The notes below the pieces were generated by a model. The model made no database searches. It worked only from the letters and a program-made list of their open reading frames with translations, and had not been told where the DNA came from. Positions 1 through 13,107 of a stretch of DNA of 64,000 nucleotides are shown piece by piece. Numbering within the stretch: position 1 is the stretch's first letter; the number at the start of each line of letters is the position of its first letter. Source of the stretch: Octopus vulgaris. Its lineage: Eukaryota. Both the position numbers and the translations under genes were made by a program. The stretch is taken from NCBI GenBank assembly GCA_951406725.2, contig OX597826.1, positions 4,030,001 to 4,094,000 on the forward strand, in the 5' to 3' direction.

Positions 1-974
1 TGTTTGACATTTATTCATTTCTCAGAGGCATTAACCGTATTAATGAAGTGAATTATTTTCAGCTAAGAATTGAAACCGAATTTAAATATTTTTCATACCA
101 TATATATAATTATTTGTTTTAGTTTTCATAATCAGTTTCAATTCGATAAAAACAGAGCTTTTTTTTTATAAATTTAAATTTTCCTAAGTATTATCAGATT
201 GACCATTGATTTTTTGTGCAGTTACATTTCTTGGATCTGCTCAAGCAACAGCATCCTTCATAAGTTGAATAGCTTTCACTTGAAATCCAATATTTCCAAC
301 GATGATTGCCAAATATTTAAGAACTACTATATCCGCCGAAATGTTGTATTAACAACAAACAAGATGAGGACAAATAACCATCAAATATAAATAAAGTAAA
401 TAATGCAATTTTCTGTTGCTTTGGAAACCACACACTCGGGTAATATCCCAATGCACACTTCAGCCTATATTGTCATGTCTTCGCTGGTACCCCTTTCGTA
501 CTAATATACTTCACTCACTCCAAAGATGATTGAAAGTTTCGTCTTCTTTCCTACAGATTCTGCGTTTGCTCTCTGACAGAGTTTTAGAAAACGCTGCTAA
601 AAATTCAACTGAAGGATACGCGTCATGATATCATGACTGATGTTGTTTACCATTGCTAACGCTAGAGGGAAATAGGTGAAATGACCGAAATTTATAGGAC
701 TGGCTTATTTTTATATGTGAGTTGAAAATATATGTTGTAGCTCCATTGATATATATGCAGAGTGAGTTCTCATATACAAATATAAAATTAGAGCCGGATC
801 TGGCGTTAAAATAAATGATGGCAACGCTTATTGTTTGCATTTGCGATAACTTCAGCGTAACACCATAAATTCAGGAACTGTCTTCAGTTTGAAGTAATCT
901 GACTCTTTCCCCCCCTAAAAAACATATATAGACATTCATGCTCTCTATTTACAGACGGACATACAAACAGACAA

Positions 975-1075
975 ACAAACAGATAAATAGATAGATAGAT
1001 AGAGAGAGAGAAATAGATAGACAGAGAGATACACAGATAGAAAGATAGATAGATACATACATAAATAGATAGATG

Positions 1076-1141
<66 letters not shown>

Positions 1142-1253
1142 CAGAGAGACAGACAGATAGATAGATAGACAGGGAGACAGACAGACAGACAGGGATAGAT
1201 AGATAGATAAAAAAGACAGACAGACAGACAGACAGATAGATAGATAGATAGAT

Positions 1254-1325
<72 letters not shown>

Positions 1326-1330
1326 GGATG
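975..1330. repeat. (AGAT)n/(AGAC)n microsatellite
   Basis: Direct tetranucleotide repeats; source of the SIYL ORFs. Confidence 0.95.
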
Positions 1331-1788
1331 GAGGGAAGGACAGAGAAACGGATGGAAAGAAAGAGGAATAGACACAGAAAGATGAAAGAGAAAGAAGGAA
1401 AGGAAGTAAGGAAATGAAAAGGAAAGAGTAAAAGAGTGATAGAGATTGATTGCAGCGCCGAGTTCATTAACGGAGTGCTGAGCTATGATCACAAATGAAT
1501 CGTTGGCTCTCCTCTGGCAGGGAGGTCGTCATTGAAAAATATGTCGATATATTGAGCACTCGAATATCAAAATAACCATGACACGAATTCTGTAATTAAT
1601 ATCAAAAATAGATTCTTTTCCCACGCAAAATGTACAAATTCACACACACACACACACACGTGCATGTGTATATGTATATATATACATACACATATATATA
1701 TATATATCTATATACATACACATATATATTTATCGATATACATATAGATATACTTATAATTACATATATATACACACAGTTAAATATA

Positions 1789-1822
<34 letters not shown>

Positions 1823-1876
1823 CACATATTTATTATTTGTATATATATATACATGTATACGTAAGGGCATACATAT

Positions 1877-1926
<50 letters not shown>

Positions 1927-2307
1927 TTTACGGAACCTGATCGACTTTCGATTGCCGATGGTAGCTATTTTAGTTGTCTGTTCGCCTATCAGTTGCTCCG
2001 AAATATATGCTAATAATACGACTCACATTTTCCTTTCTGATGAATTCAGTTGACCTGATATCCCTTCGATGGATGCCATTGATTAAGTAAGATGAAGCTT
2101 CTAGCTTTACATACTTAAATTCGTGATACACGTAATACGATCATTCGGAAAACCGTACGCACACAGGTGTATGAGGTGGGTTATCAAGAGAAAGATAGGT
2201 AGCTAGCTAGCCAGATAGATATATAGATAGGTAGGTAGATAGATAGATAGATAGATAGATAGATACATACATACATACATACATACATACATACATACAT
2301 ACATACA

Positions 2308-2339
<32 letters not shown>

Positions 2340-2739
2340 CTAGTATATGATCATTTACGTGGCGCTCTTAACATTACAGTTGCAGTCGTACAATAATTTG
2401 TACACACAATTTTTTTGTATATATGTGTGTATGTGTATATCTGCACACCTGTGTGTGTATCTGTATGTGTATGTATGTATATGTGTGTGTCTTTGTGTTT
2501 GTTCTTGACCACCGCTTAACCCCCGGTGCTTGTTTCTTTATGCATCCGTAACTTAAGGGTCTGGCACGACACACCGGTAGAATAATTACCAGAATGTGGA
2601 GTTCCTTCCTTGAAGTAAAAACATTCATTGCGGTGCACCAGCTTGGTCGTAATCCACTGACTGAAAGAAATGAAAGATAAAGAAATAAAAGACTTATATT
2701 ATCATATATGCATTTGTGTAGGTGTGCGTGCGTGTATGC

Positions 2740-2771
<32 letters not shown>

Positions 2772-2945
2772 GTAGGTCCCGGGTTGAGTCGGGGTTAACC
2801 ACAGTAAATAAGGTACTCAATAGCAGAGTAAATTCCAGATGATTTCTTTTGAATGAAACAGTTCTAGTCCTGTAGAAGCTCCTTCTATAAAATAAATATA
2901 TATATATATATTCTAAGTAATTGGAGATAAGGCAGAAATGGAATG

Positions 2946-2984
<39 letters not shown>

Positions 2985-2986
<2 letters not shown>

Positions 2987-3130
2987 TATAAAAGGGTTAG
3001 TAAAATAAATTATGGCATACTGAACTCATTAGAAATAGCAGCTAAAAAACTTTTTAAAAACTTTTTAGCTGCTATTTCTAATGAGTTCAGTATGGCAAAG
3101 TATTTATTTTACTAAGCCCTTTTATATATT
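2985..3130. repeat. ~145-bp fold-back palindrome flanked by (TA)n
   Basis: aaagggttagtaaaataaat...catactgaactcattagaaatagcagctaaaaa is mirrored by tttttagctgctatttctaatgagttcagtatg...atttattttactaagcccttt. Confidence 0.85.
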
Positions 3131-3222
3131 GTAATAATTTGAATTGCCTTAAATGGTCCCTTTGCATACTGAACACTTGGTGAAATTAATTAATAATTAA
3201 TTAATTTTACCCTCAATTGTTG

Positions 3223-3282
<60 letters not shown>

Positions 3283-3286
<4 letters not shown>

Positions 3287-4050
3287 TCATCCCATAAGTA
3301 ATGTCCGGATTTTAGATATTGAAAACAAGTGATCAAATCTTACATTTAAATGAAACTTAATCAGCAATATTACTTCTATGATTATTTATGACATCTTTCC
3401 ATCTACTCGAAAGTTTTTCAATCCCATTAGTTAAAAACTCTTTTGGTTTTAACGAGAAGAACTCTGGAAGGTCAGTTTCGACTTCCCCAGGTGTTTTGAG
3501 AGTTAATCCATCCAAATAATTCTGTAAGCTACGGAACAAATGGTAATCTGAAGGAGCAAGTTCTGAGGAATAAGGCAGGTGAGTAATTTTCTTTCAGCCA
3601 AGTTCCTCGATCTTCGGTGGCTTGATCATTGCAATCTGGGGTCTCGCATTCTCCTGTTGAAACACCACTCCCTTTCGATTCACTAAAGCAGGCCTTTTTT
3701 TCTTCTTCACAGCTGTGCTCAAACACTCTAATTGCTGAGAGTAGATGTCAGCATTGATTGTTGCATTAGTTGGTAGCAACTCAAAATGGGTGACTCCTTT
3801 GCAATCCTAGCAAAGAGGGAAAAGAAACTTTTTTGTATGGAGTTCCATTTTCGATTGTCACTGGGCCTGTTCCTCTTCCTCAAGCCAATGTCTGCGATAT
3901 TTAACGGTTTGATAAAAGATTCATTTTTCATCACCAGTCACCAGTTTGTCCAAAAAGGGCAAGATGAGTTCACGAGAATGAACAGAGGAATAGATATCCA
4001 CTCAGGATTTGTGGCTAGCTTCAGACAAATTATGAAGAGATACAACTAGG
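3283..4050 (-). mobile_element. Degenerate mariner (DD34D) transposon; frameshifted transposase C-terminal half
   Basis: Fragments TINADIYSQQL, KGVVFQQENARP, LAPSDYHLFRSLQNYLDG...FLTNGIEKLSSRWKDVI; one terminus begins right after a (TA)n tract; other end uncertain. Confidence 0.85.
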
Positions 4051-4198
4051 CCCTATTATACAGGTAAACCCTTAGTTAATTTAAATTTAAATCCTGTATA
4101 TATATATATCCATCTATGTTTTAACGAAACATGTGTAGTGGTCATTAAAATGCTGCCGAATTGTATCTCATCTTACTTTTGTCTATTTATTCTTTCAG

Positions 4199-4246
<48 letters not shown>

Positions 4247-4325
4247 TTAAAAGTTATAGAAAAACAATGACGAAGACAGGTGTAGGAACAACAAGCAAGT
4301 GTATTACTTGACGCCTAGGAAATAT

Positions 4326-4361
4326 CTTTCACGTTTCGAATCTACGCTCTACGACAGAAAG
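4326..4361 (-). ncRNA. Degenerate minimal hammerhead-like motif in a Penelope-type repeat fragment
   Basis: Minus strand CTTT-CTGTCGT-A-GAGCGTAGATTC-GAA-ACGT-G-AAAG; stem I CTTT/AAAG and palindromic ACGT stem III present, core mutated. Confidence 0.4.
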
Positions 4362-4442
4362 GAATAAGAGGAAATAAACAGAGAGATTATGAAAAAAAAC
4401 GTGTTGAGCTCAGTGGTCCAACAAGACGAATATCTCCCCCCC

Positions 4443-4473
<31 letters not shown>

Positions 4474-4488
4474 ATTCCATATGGATAA

Positions 4489-4528
<40 letters not shown>

Positions 4529-5791
4529 ATGTGTGTGTGTATATGTATGTATATACACACACGTATATATAGATACACATGCATATGTATTTATGTACAT
4601 ATTTGTGTGAATGTATATACATATGCATGTATATATGTATCTAAGCACATATTTAGTACATATATAACTGACAAAACGAGAAAGAAATCTCGCTTGTTCT
4701 TATGCGTAGGGGCAGACGCTAAAGTAATTGTAAAACATGAAATTCAAAACGTTCGGCTTTATACTACAACATGAAGGAACTAAATAGAATCGCATTTGCA
4801 TCAACAAACAAACGCATATTAATACAAACATGTCTTCATATTACAAGACAAACGTAAATATGGCGGATTCCAAAGCAAATATTTTTTCAATCGAAATGGC
4901 AGGATCGTAATTGTGGAATATAAATAAGAGAAACATAGAATATTTAAGAACAAAAGCCGTTATGGAGTAAACAATATTTAGTTAGTAAACAGTATTTATA
5001 AATGAGAGAAGCGATGGCTGGTACAATCAGGAGGTCGACACACGGAATAACTTGTTGAATCGCCGTATGGCTAGGAATTACAATTAGCAACCACAGAGTG
5101 CAGGTTTCGATCTCATTGTGGTGGACCTTTGGCAAGTAGCTTTTGATCTACGTCTCGAGAACGAAATCGGGTAGAGAAAAAATTGCGAGAAAGTCATTCA
5201 AACGATAATTACCACTCACCCCTCACTGCTGTTTAGGCCCCTATATTAACCTTCATCGAGCTAAACCATAATCAAAGGCTTTCCAACCGTGACTATCCCA
5301 TCTTATTTTTTTTTATAAGAGCATATTATAACAACACCACATTGTCGAGTGTGTACTTATTTGGGGCATGTGTCGTGAAGTTGATTTGGTAGCAATTTGT
5401 TACAGGTGGACCAACGACTGTCATAGAGTCACCCTTTTTTGTAATTCGCTGAATCCTCCGGTGTGATTTGCAGAGCAGAGTCCAGTTATGGTCCTGTGTA
5501 TTGTAAGGATGTATTCGTTGAAAGTCTCGTTCAAGAAGAAACGACGAATGCTGTCTCTTTCATTTCCTCCCGTTAGGGACAGATGTATTGCTAAAGTTCA
5601 TAAGCAAAGCTATAAGATGTTAAACCACTTTACGCTTTGGTACCTAATCCTGATGATGTCAATTTTTCAGTTAGGAAAAAGATAGAAGGGTAAATGTTAC
5701 ACAACGACCAAGAATATATGGGCTATGTATACATACGAACATGTATATGTATGTGTGTATGTGTGTGTGCAAGAGTTTGTATATATGTATA

Positions 5792-6081
5792 TAATTAAAG
5801 AGAGACACGGAAAATGGAGGATATGAGAATCTGTATTGATCAATGCAATCGTTTCGCCCCATCTAGCATCGATCTTTCGCAGATGGGATACTGCAGAACT
5901 GGTCTAGGCGTATTCGTCAGTGTAGATGTGTCACCTGAGGAGGCACATCTACTCCGAGGGCTATACCTAAACCATTTCTACAGTATCCCACCCTCGATGG
6001 TTCTATGCTAGATGGGTCGAAATGATCGTAGTGAAAATGAAGATCCTCGTATCTTTCATCTCCCCTCTCTCTTATCAATTA
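5792..6081. repeat. ~290-bp imperfect rod-like palindrome
   Basis: Four nested paired segments, e.g. gggatactgcagaactggtctaggcgta / tatacctaaaccatttctacagtatccc and gtagatgtg / cacatctac. Confidence 0.85.
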
Positions 6082-6258
6082 CCCAACAAACACTAAGCCA
6101 GTGAACATCCTTAACCAGCAAACTACCAGGTGTATACCATACGATTTGTGAACTACTATGTATGTTTATGTGTACTTATATGTATATGTATATGTATGTG
6201 TATATATATATTTATGAATACAATAGACACACACATATATATAAATATTATATATGTT

Positions 6259-6290
<32 letters not shown>

Positions 6291-6956
6291 TACGTGTGTG
6301 TATGTGTGTATGTGTGTGTGTGACTTTGGTGTCTTACAAAATCTAACTAGGAGCAACGTTACGTTGACCGTCATTCGAGAGTCAGGTATTAATAAATTAA
6401 ACTCCGTTGATGAACTGGAAATTGGTTAATCGACTAGAACTGTTGTCTGCTAGTGATATGGCCTCGTGCTAATGAGAGAAAAATCAGCTTTCACTGTGAA
6501 AATGGATTCGTTCTAAACGGGAACTACAAGGGGTTCTTTGAATATCTCAGAATATTTTGCATTGTTCTTCTTTGTTATGGATTCTGATTTGAAATCCTGG
6601 TATAAAAATATAAAATATAAAACAAAAAAATCGAAAGTTAAAGAATTCGATTTCAAAAACATTCCAATTTGAAAATCCAAACTTTCATTAGTCTGTGATC
6701 GATGAAGTAAGTATCAAGCATGACCTGGCATCAATTCAATCAAATCCAATCAGATGAAATCGAATATTATCCTCTCTTCCAAAATTTTCAATTTCTCATA
6801 TGAAAACGGAGTGGAAAAATCAATATTTACAATTAAGTTGACGAGCGCCAAAGAGCAAGTTGTAATTTCTCGAGAAATCGAGATCGTAAAAATGGATCAA
6901 TCAACATTTGATGGTAATTCATTCGACTTACGCTGCTAATCACTGGTGGGAAAAAT

Positions 6957-7222
6957 AGTATTAACGTCAAAGGATCTAATTTCTAGCTCTTAAGGCACAA
7001 GTCTTGAAGGGATCCGGTGTTTGGATCAAACTGTCAGAAAGAGCAGCAAAATTTCCTTCAAATCTCACACTTCTAAGAAAAAAAAAAATAAATAATTTGT
7101 ATGAGGTGTAGTATTAACGTCAAAGCATCTAATTACTGTGCCTTAAAGAACAGGTCTTTAAGGGCTCCAGTGTTTCAAGCAAACTGCCAGAAACAACAGC
7201 AACATTTCCTTCAAAACCACAC
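6957..7222. repeat. Old tandem duplication, ~153-bp period
   Basis: tagtattaacgtcaaag...atttccttcaaa..cacac occurs at 6957 and 7110. Confidence 0.75.
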
Positions 7223-8182
7223 TCTGGCACTAATAAAAGGAGAGAAAAATAAGCAATTTGTTTGAGGCATTATGGGGTTACGATATTCGTTGAAGTAAGA
7301 CTGGACGCTAACGGCTTTAAAATCAAATACTGCTCAAGCAGAAGATCTGAAAATTAAACAATCACAATATGATGCCTTGTACTTCGATAAATAGGAGCGG
7401 TTGGTTTGCTAATTTTGATTGAAAATACAAACCAACATGGCAGCCTTTATATGCTTACTGAATCTCCAAGAACATATAACGAATTCTTCATCAAATAATA
7501 CTACCCAGTTTTAAAAACGGGAATAGCTGCAATATTAGATACTAAAGTCTTTGATAGCCTGAAAAGGAGAGGGCGTTCTAGGCCGGAATGCATTTGATTA
7601 ATGCTGGATCGAGGTTGATTTGGAGCGAGCTAATTAGCAAAAACAGAATAATAAATGAATAAAAAAGAAACGAAAACAAACAAATAAGAGAGCTATGAAT
7701 ATATAGAATGGATGAAAAAGATTCGGCGTCAGGTATCCCTTGTTAATGACATTAATGAGAAGCAAAGTGACTAATTTACCGTTTCATTACAGCTTCGTCA
7801 GGAAAGTCAAAGCAGCGACAATGACACCTTTTATTAGTGTCACTCAGATCGATAGCAGTAAGGGAGATCGTTATTCTGAAGCTGGGTAACCTGGCCGGAA
7901 TGCCTGCAACAGAATGAGCTCTGCTATAAAAACCCAAGCGTATCCTGGTGCTGGAGTTAAACCGCCTCAAGGATTATATCTAAGACCCAAGAACATAAAA
8001 TGCAAACAAGCTGATACACTTTACTGTCCGATGTGGTAACTTTTCCACCATCCCATCATTAATTTTATTGACACTCAAAGTATGATGAGCCAATTTCATC
8101 TCAGTGAGATTAGAACTCTGAGTGCAGTGAGCCAAAACTAAAGTGCAGAGCATTTTGTAACGCAAATGACTTTGTCGGGTAT

Positions 8183-8572
8183 TCTCTTTTACTCTTTTAC
8201 ATGTTTCAGTCATTTGACTGCGGTCATGCTGGAGCAGCGCCTTTAGTCAAGCAAATCGACCCCGGGACTTATTCTTTGTAAGCCCAGTACTTATTCTATC
8301 GGTCTCTTTTGCTGAACCGCTAAGTGACGGGGACGTAAACACACCAGCATCGGTTGTCAAGCAATGCTAGGGGGACAAACACAGACACACAAACATACAC
8401 ATATATAATATACATATATACGACAGGATTCTTTCAGTTTCCGTCTCCCAAATCCACTTACAAGGCATTGGTCGGCCCGGGGCTATAGCAGAAGACACTT
8501 GCCCAAGATGCCACGCAGTGGGACTGAACCCGGAACCATGTGGTTGGTTAGCAAGCTACTTACCACACAGCC
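8183..8572 (-). mobile_element. tRNA-derived SINE, family A (octopus OR-like)
   Basis: Head ggctgtgtggtaagtagcttgc..gggttcagtccc, internal CA/TA tract, (agtaaaag)n tail; at least six near-full copies in window. Confidence 0.9.
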
Positions 8573-8674
8573 TATATATCTCTATGATGTATTTGATATT
8601 TTTTTAACCGAGCAAATTATGTGATTGAAACCATGCATTTCTCTCATCACGTACTACAGTGAACAACTGTAAAT

Positions 8675-8880
8675 ATACATTATTTACATTATTTGCATTA
8701 TTTACATTTGACGGATATTTGTTCTCATCTTGTTTGTTGCTTACACAACGTTTCGGCTGATATACCCTCCAGCCTTCATCAGGTGTCTTGGGTAAATTTC
8801 GAGCCTGGGCTCTCATTTCTAAGGCATTTTTATCGATATTATTATTATTACTATTATTATTATTATTACTATTATTATTA

Positions 8881-8950
<70 letters not shown>

Positions 8951-9080
8951 TATTAATATCATTATCATTATTATTATTATTATCATTATTATTATTATTA
9001 TTATGCAGGTTACTGCCTGGAATCGAACTCGGAATCTTGGGGTTACTAGCCTGCGCTCTTAACCACTACACCATATGCTC
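8675..9080 (-). mobile_element. tRNA-headed element: Pol III head + (TAA)n + hammerhead-containing tail
   Basis: Minus strand: A box TGGTGTAGTGG and B box GAGTTCGATTCC (9005-9080), (TAA)n 8840-9003, tail with hammerhead at 8743-8786. Confidence 0.8.
8743..8786 (-). ncRNA. Minimal type I hammerhead ribozyme motif
   Basis: ACAC-CTGATGA-A-GGCTG(gagggtatat)CAGCC-GAA-ACGT-T-GTGT: intact core, stem I ACAC/GTGT, 5-bp stem II, palindromic loopless stem III, GUU cleavage triplet. Confidence 0.8.
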
Positions 9081-9083
9081 ATG

Positions 9084-9353
9084 GACAGTGACATGAATAA
9101 TATAAATAATAATAACAACAACAACAACAATAATAATAATAATAATAACAACAATAATAATAATAATAATAACAACAACAACATCGAAAATACCTTAGAA
9201 ATGAGAACCGAGGTTCGAAATTATCCCAGGACACCTGATGAAGACTGGAGGGTATATCAACCGAAACGTTGTGTTAACAGCAAACATGATGATGACAAAT
9301 ATCCTTCAAATGTAAATATTGTACATAATTCCTCCTCTCTTAAATATAGAACT
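9084..9353 (+). mobile_element. Inverted second copy of the hammerhead-tailed element (head truncated)
   Basis: cagtgacatgaataa + (AAT/AAC)n + tail; hammerhead ACAC-CTGATGA...GAAACGTTGTGT at 9231-9274 with two stem II mismatches. Confidence 0.8.
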
Positions 9354-9384
9354 TAACTATAAATATATTGTACAATATTGGTAC

Positions 9385-9555
9385 AAATTTGGAACAAGGC
9401 GAGCAAGTTCAAGAAGTAGATAAGTCGATTACATCGATCCAAGTACTCAGCTGGTTCTTATTTCATCGACCCCGAAAGTTGACTTCAACGCAATTTGAAC
9501 TGAGAACGTAAAGACAAACGAAACGCTGCTAAGCTTTTTGCTCGGCATGCTAACA
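9385..9555 (-). mobile_element. Degenerate SINE family B copy
   Basis: agtcgattacatcgatcc...gaccccgaaa...tttgaactgagaacgtaaagac matches the arrays at 11.1, 19.3 and 61.4 kb. Confidence 0.7.
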
Positions 9556-9963
9556 TATAATGTACAATATTTGTACTTTAAAAAAAGAGGGTTTCTAACA
9601 TACCAGCAACTCATAAATTTGTGTTCAAAGTTGCACTGATTAAAAATCAATACCAGCAAGTTGCTAAAATTATGTTATGGTCGCAAAAATAATTAAAGTT
9701 AAGTCAACTGCGATAGTATTTGAACTGAGAACATGAACAGACATAGCAAATAGCGTCAAATATATGTAATCTATTCTTTCTTAGTCACAGTGCTTCAAAG
9801 GGATTTAACAAAATTCAATTAACTTTAACGAAGAAAGAATTTATAAAGTATTCAGGGATTAGACAGTGTTACGTAAAAATTAGGGAAATGGTGAGGATGT
9901 TATACGATATACAGGTTAAACATTTATTAAACCATGAATGATATGATATTATATAGAGCCCAC

Positions 9964-10381
9964 GGATCTTTTCGGTTTGAACGGCAGTTTTTAACATAAT
10001 TTCTAGGTAACTAAAAAATTTTAAACTTCATATACTGGTAGAATGTGTTTATAAAACATATTTTTCTCTTGGCTTTATTGAGAAAATTCTATAGTTTGTA
10101 AGATATTTGTTGCGTTTTTTTCTTTAATTTCTGCAATTTCAACCAATCCATTGAGGTAAAAAACATTCTGTGCCGTATGAATATGTCCCTCGTTTAAGAA
10201 ACAGATTGGGTTTATTTACATTTGTGAAGAAACAAAGATATATCCCCCCCCCCTAACCCTAACCCTAACCCTAACCCTAAAACAGATTGAAATGCAACAG
10301 ATCGATACTAGGGTCATAATTATGGGTTACAATTTCATATGACACCGCTAGAAAAAACTGCCATTCAAACCGAAAAGATCC
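9964..10381. mobile_element. Merlin-type MITE with 8-bp TSD and internal (CCCTAA)5
   Basis: TIRs GGATCTTTTCGGTTTGAACGGCAGTTTTT / AAAAACTGCCATTCAAACCGAAAAGATCC; TSD GAGCCCAC at 9956-9963 and 10382-10389; GG termini with 8-bp TSD fit Merlin. Confidence 0.85.
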
Positions 10382-11085
10382 GAGCCCACTATCATGGAAG
10401 CAAAATCTAGTTTAAATTTCCAACACCTAAAAATCATTTAGAATTATCCGCTGACACAAATGGGTAATCTCTGACGAGATTGTGCGGGGCACATCTCAAC
10501 TCTATCATTCGCGATTCCTCGTACTAATTTCTGATGCACCGTTTAGCATTTTTAAAATAGTAAAATATCATACTAGCCAACATCATATCTCTTTTCCTTA
10601 TAAATTTCTCAGAAAACTCCCGTGAGAAATTTATGAATATTCTGTTCTTCCGCATGTTAATATTTCTTTTCTTCCGAAAATGCTTCGCCTATGAAAATTT
10701 AGGATGCTTTGCCATACATGTCTACTGTGGCCTCACTTTTATAAATCCCATAATGTTTTCCTGGAGAGGTGAGTTTCCTAACATTTGTTTTCTCTCTTAA
10801 ATTAGATTTCTCTCAATTAACCACTTGAATTTTCAGCAACGGCTATTTATTGTAGACCTCAAGCATGTCTCTTACGCTTTACAAGACGACGGGAGAAATT
10901 CCTACGGGCAAAGCGAGGGTGAATGGAACCTTGATACCAAGATCGGGTATGTCGTGAGTTCCTTCTCTATTTTTTTAATATCTATGATTTATGTCGTTCT
11001 TGAAAGTAGCTTTTGTTCCTCATGATGTAACCTACACTTTCAAAACCCTTACAGTTTTGCAGGTTTTCTGAAAACATAGATAGTC

Positions 11086-11438
11086 TTTTCTACTCTAGGC
11101 AAAAGGCCTGAAATTTGTGGGGAGGAGATCAGTCGATTAGATCGATCCCAGTACGCAACGACCCCGAAACGATGAAAAGCAAAGTTGACCTCGGCGGAAT
11201 TTAAACGTAAAGACAGACGAAATACCTATTTCTTTTCTACCCACAAGTGGCTAAACACAGAGAGGACAAACAAGGACAGACAAACGGATTAAGTCGATAA
11301 TATCGACCCCAGTGCATAACTGGTACTTATTTAATCGATCCCGAAAGGATGAAAGGCAAAGTCGACCTCGGTGGAATTTGAACTCAGAACGTAGCGGCAG
11401 ACGAAATACCGCTAATGATTCTGCAAGCTCACCGCCTT
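11086..11438 (-). mobile_element. SINE family B dimer
   Basis: Head ggcggtgagcttgcagaatc..., body gagttcaaattcc..gaggtcgactttgcctttcatcctttcggg, repeated twice. Confidence 0.85.
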
Positions 11439-12398
11439 GTGAAAATAGATATTAGTCAAGCTACGGGTAGCGATTAGAGTACTGGCCAAAGGTACCACGC
11501 GTTGTGATACATCCCAGAGTTGCGAAAGGAACTTCACTAAACCGATATTTCTGCCAATGTTTTCTCTATAAAAAGTTCGCTGGCATTACACCTAGTTTAG
11601 CCACATAGGAGAATATATCTTGATCTGTGAGAATTGAAGGTTTCATATAGATGAAATTTTTGGAAACTCCGACTTCGCCATATTTCAGAGAATACCAAAA
11701 TCATAATACTGTGAGTCATGCATATTCTTACAGACCGAAATTTCAAGAAATCGAGTAATTGATTGGATCATATACCAATAACAGAAATATCTTTTAATAG
11801 ATGACTCACTTCCAAAATGAAGATAAACAAACTTATTCAAATATAGAAAGCCGGGCAGTAAGAATAACCAAACCCTAGCTATATAAATACAAAAGGAGGA
11901 GACCCCACATAATAATAGGTACATTTTGAATGTTTAAAAACCAGATGTAGAAAGTGATGTTAGAAAAACATAGAGACTTGCAAATGGATAGAATATAGGG
12001 AAAATAACGCTGATATGCACTTTCGCATATTTTAAAGAGAACGCTGAACCTAAAATAGGAAAAACACAGAAGCAAAACAAAACAGTGCAACTTCTCAAAC
12101 CACAAACAACTATAATAATGTGACAGCTAAAATAATAATCTATTATCTTTTACCGTTTATTCTTTTCACTCATTGGAATGCACATTTACAAGAGCACTCC
12201 TTTGAAGGGATCTGAAGGGGTTTGAAGGGGTTTTATCGACTAAATCGACCCCGGTACTTATTTTTAAATCTCCTTCTTACTCTTAAGCACAATTTTACCA
12301 AATGTGTCAGTTATGATGAAATAGAAGAAAAGATCTAATACCGGTTGCCAAGGGGGGTAAACACAAATACATGCACAAATACTCTAACATATATATAT

Positions 12399-12468
<70 letters not shown>

Positions 12469-12475
12469 GTACATT

Positions 12476-12902
12476 CTTTTATTGCTTTATTATTTTACTT
12501 ATTTCAGTCATTTGACTTCGGCCATGCTGGAGCACCGCCTTTAGTCGAAAAAATCGACCCCCAGGAATTATACTTTGTAAGCCTAGTATTTATTCTAACG
12601 GTCTCTTAGACCGAACCACTAAGTTACGAGGAGGTATACACACCACCATCGGTTGCCAAGCGATGGTGGGGGAACAAACACAGACACAAACACGTACATA
12701 TACACACATATATACATATTTACATATATATATATATATATACAACGAGTTTCTTTCAGTTTCCGTCTACCAAATCCACTCACAAAGCTTTGGTTGACCC
12801 GACGCTAAAGTAGACGACATTTGCTCAAGGTGCCACGCAGTGGGACTGAACCTGGAACCATGTGGTTGGCAAGCAGGGTACTTACCACACAGCCATTCCT
12901 AT
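12476..12902 (-). mobile_element. SINE family A
   Basis: Collinear with 8183-8572. Confidence 0.9.
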
Positions 12903-12971
12903 ATAAAAAGACAAAGAGAGAGAAATAAATTTAGACAGAGAGACTGAAAATTAGTTAGCAAGCTAGTTAGG

Positions 12972-13107
<136 letters not shown>

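Noticed and set aside
884-1492. Long SIYL-repeat ORFs (also 23991-25081, 25132-25647)
   Set aside because: Translations of (AGAT)n/(ATAC)n microsatellites that lack stops in some frames
7775-7802. Minus-strand CTGACGA...GAAAC hammerhead-like match
   Set aside because: Stems I and II cannot form
9005-9080. Bona fide tRNA-Thr gene
   Set aside because: Anticodon and acceptor stems do not pair; runs directly into a repeat body
10251-10280. Chromosome end or telomere fusion site
   Set aside because: Only five units, inside a TSD-flanked MITE
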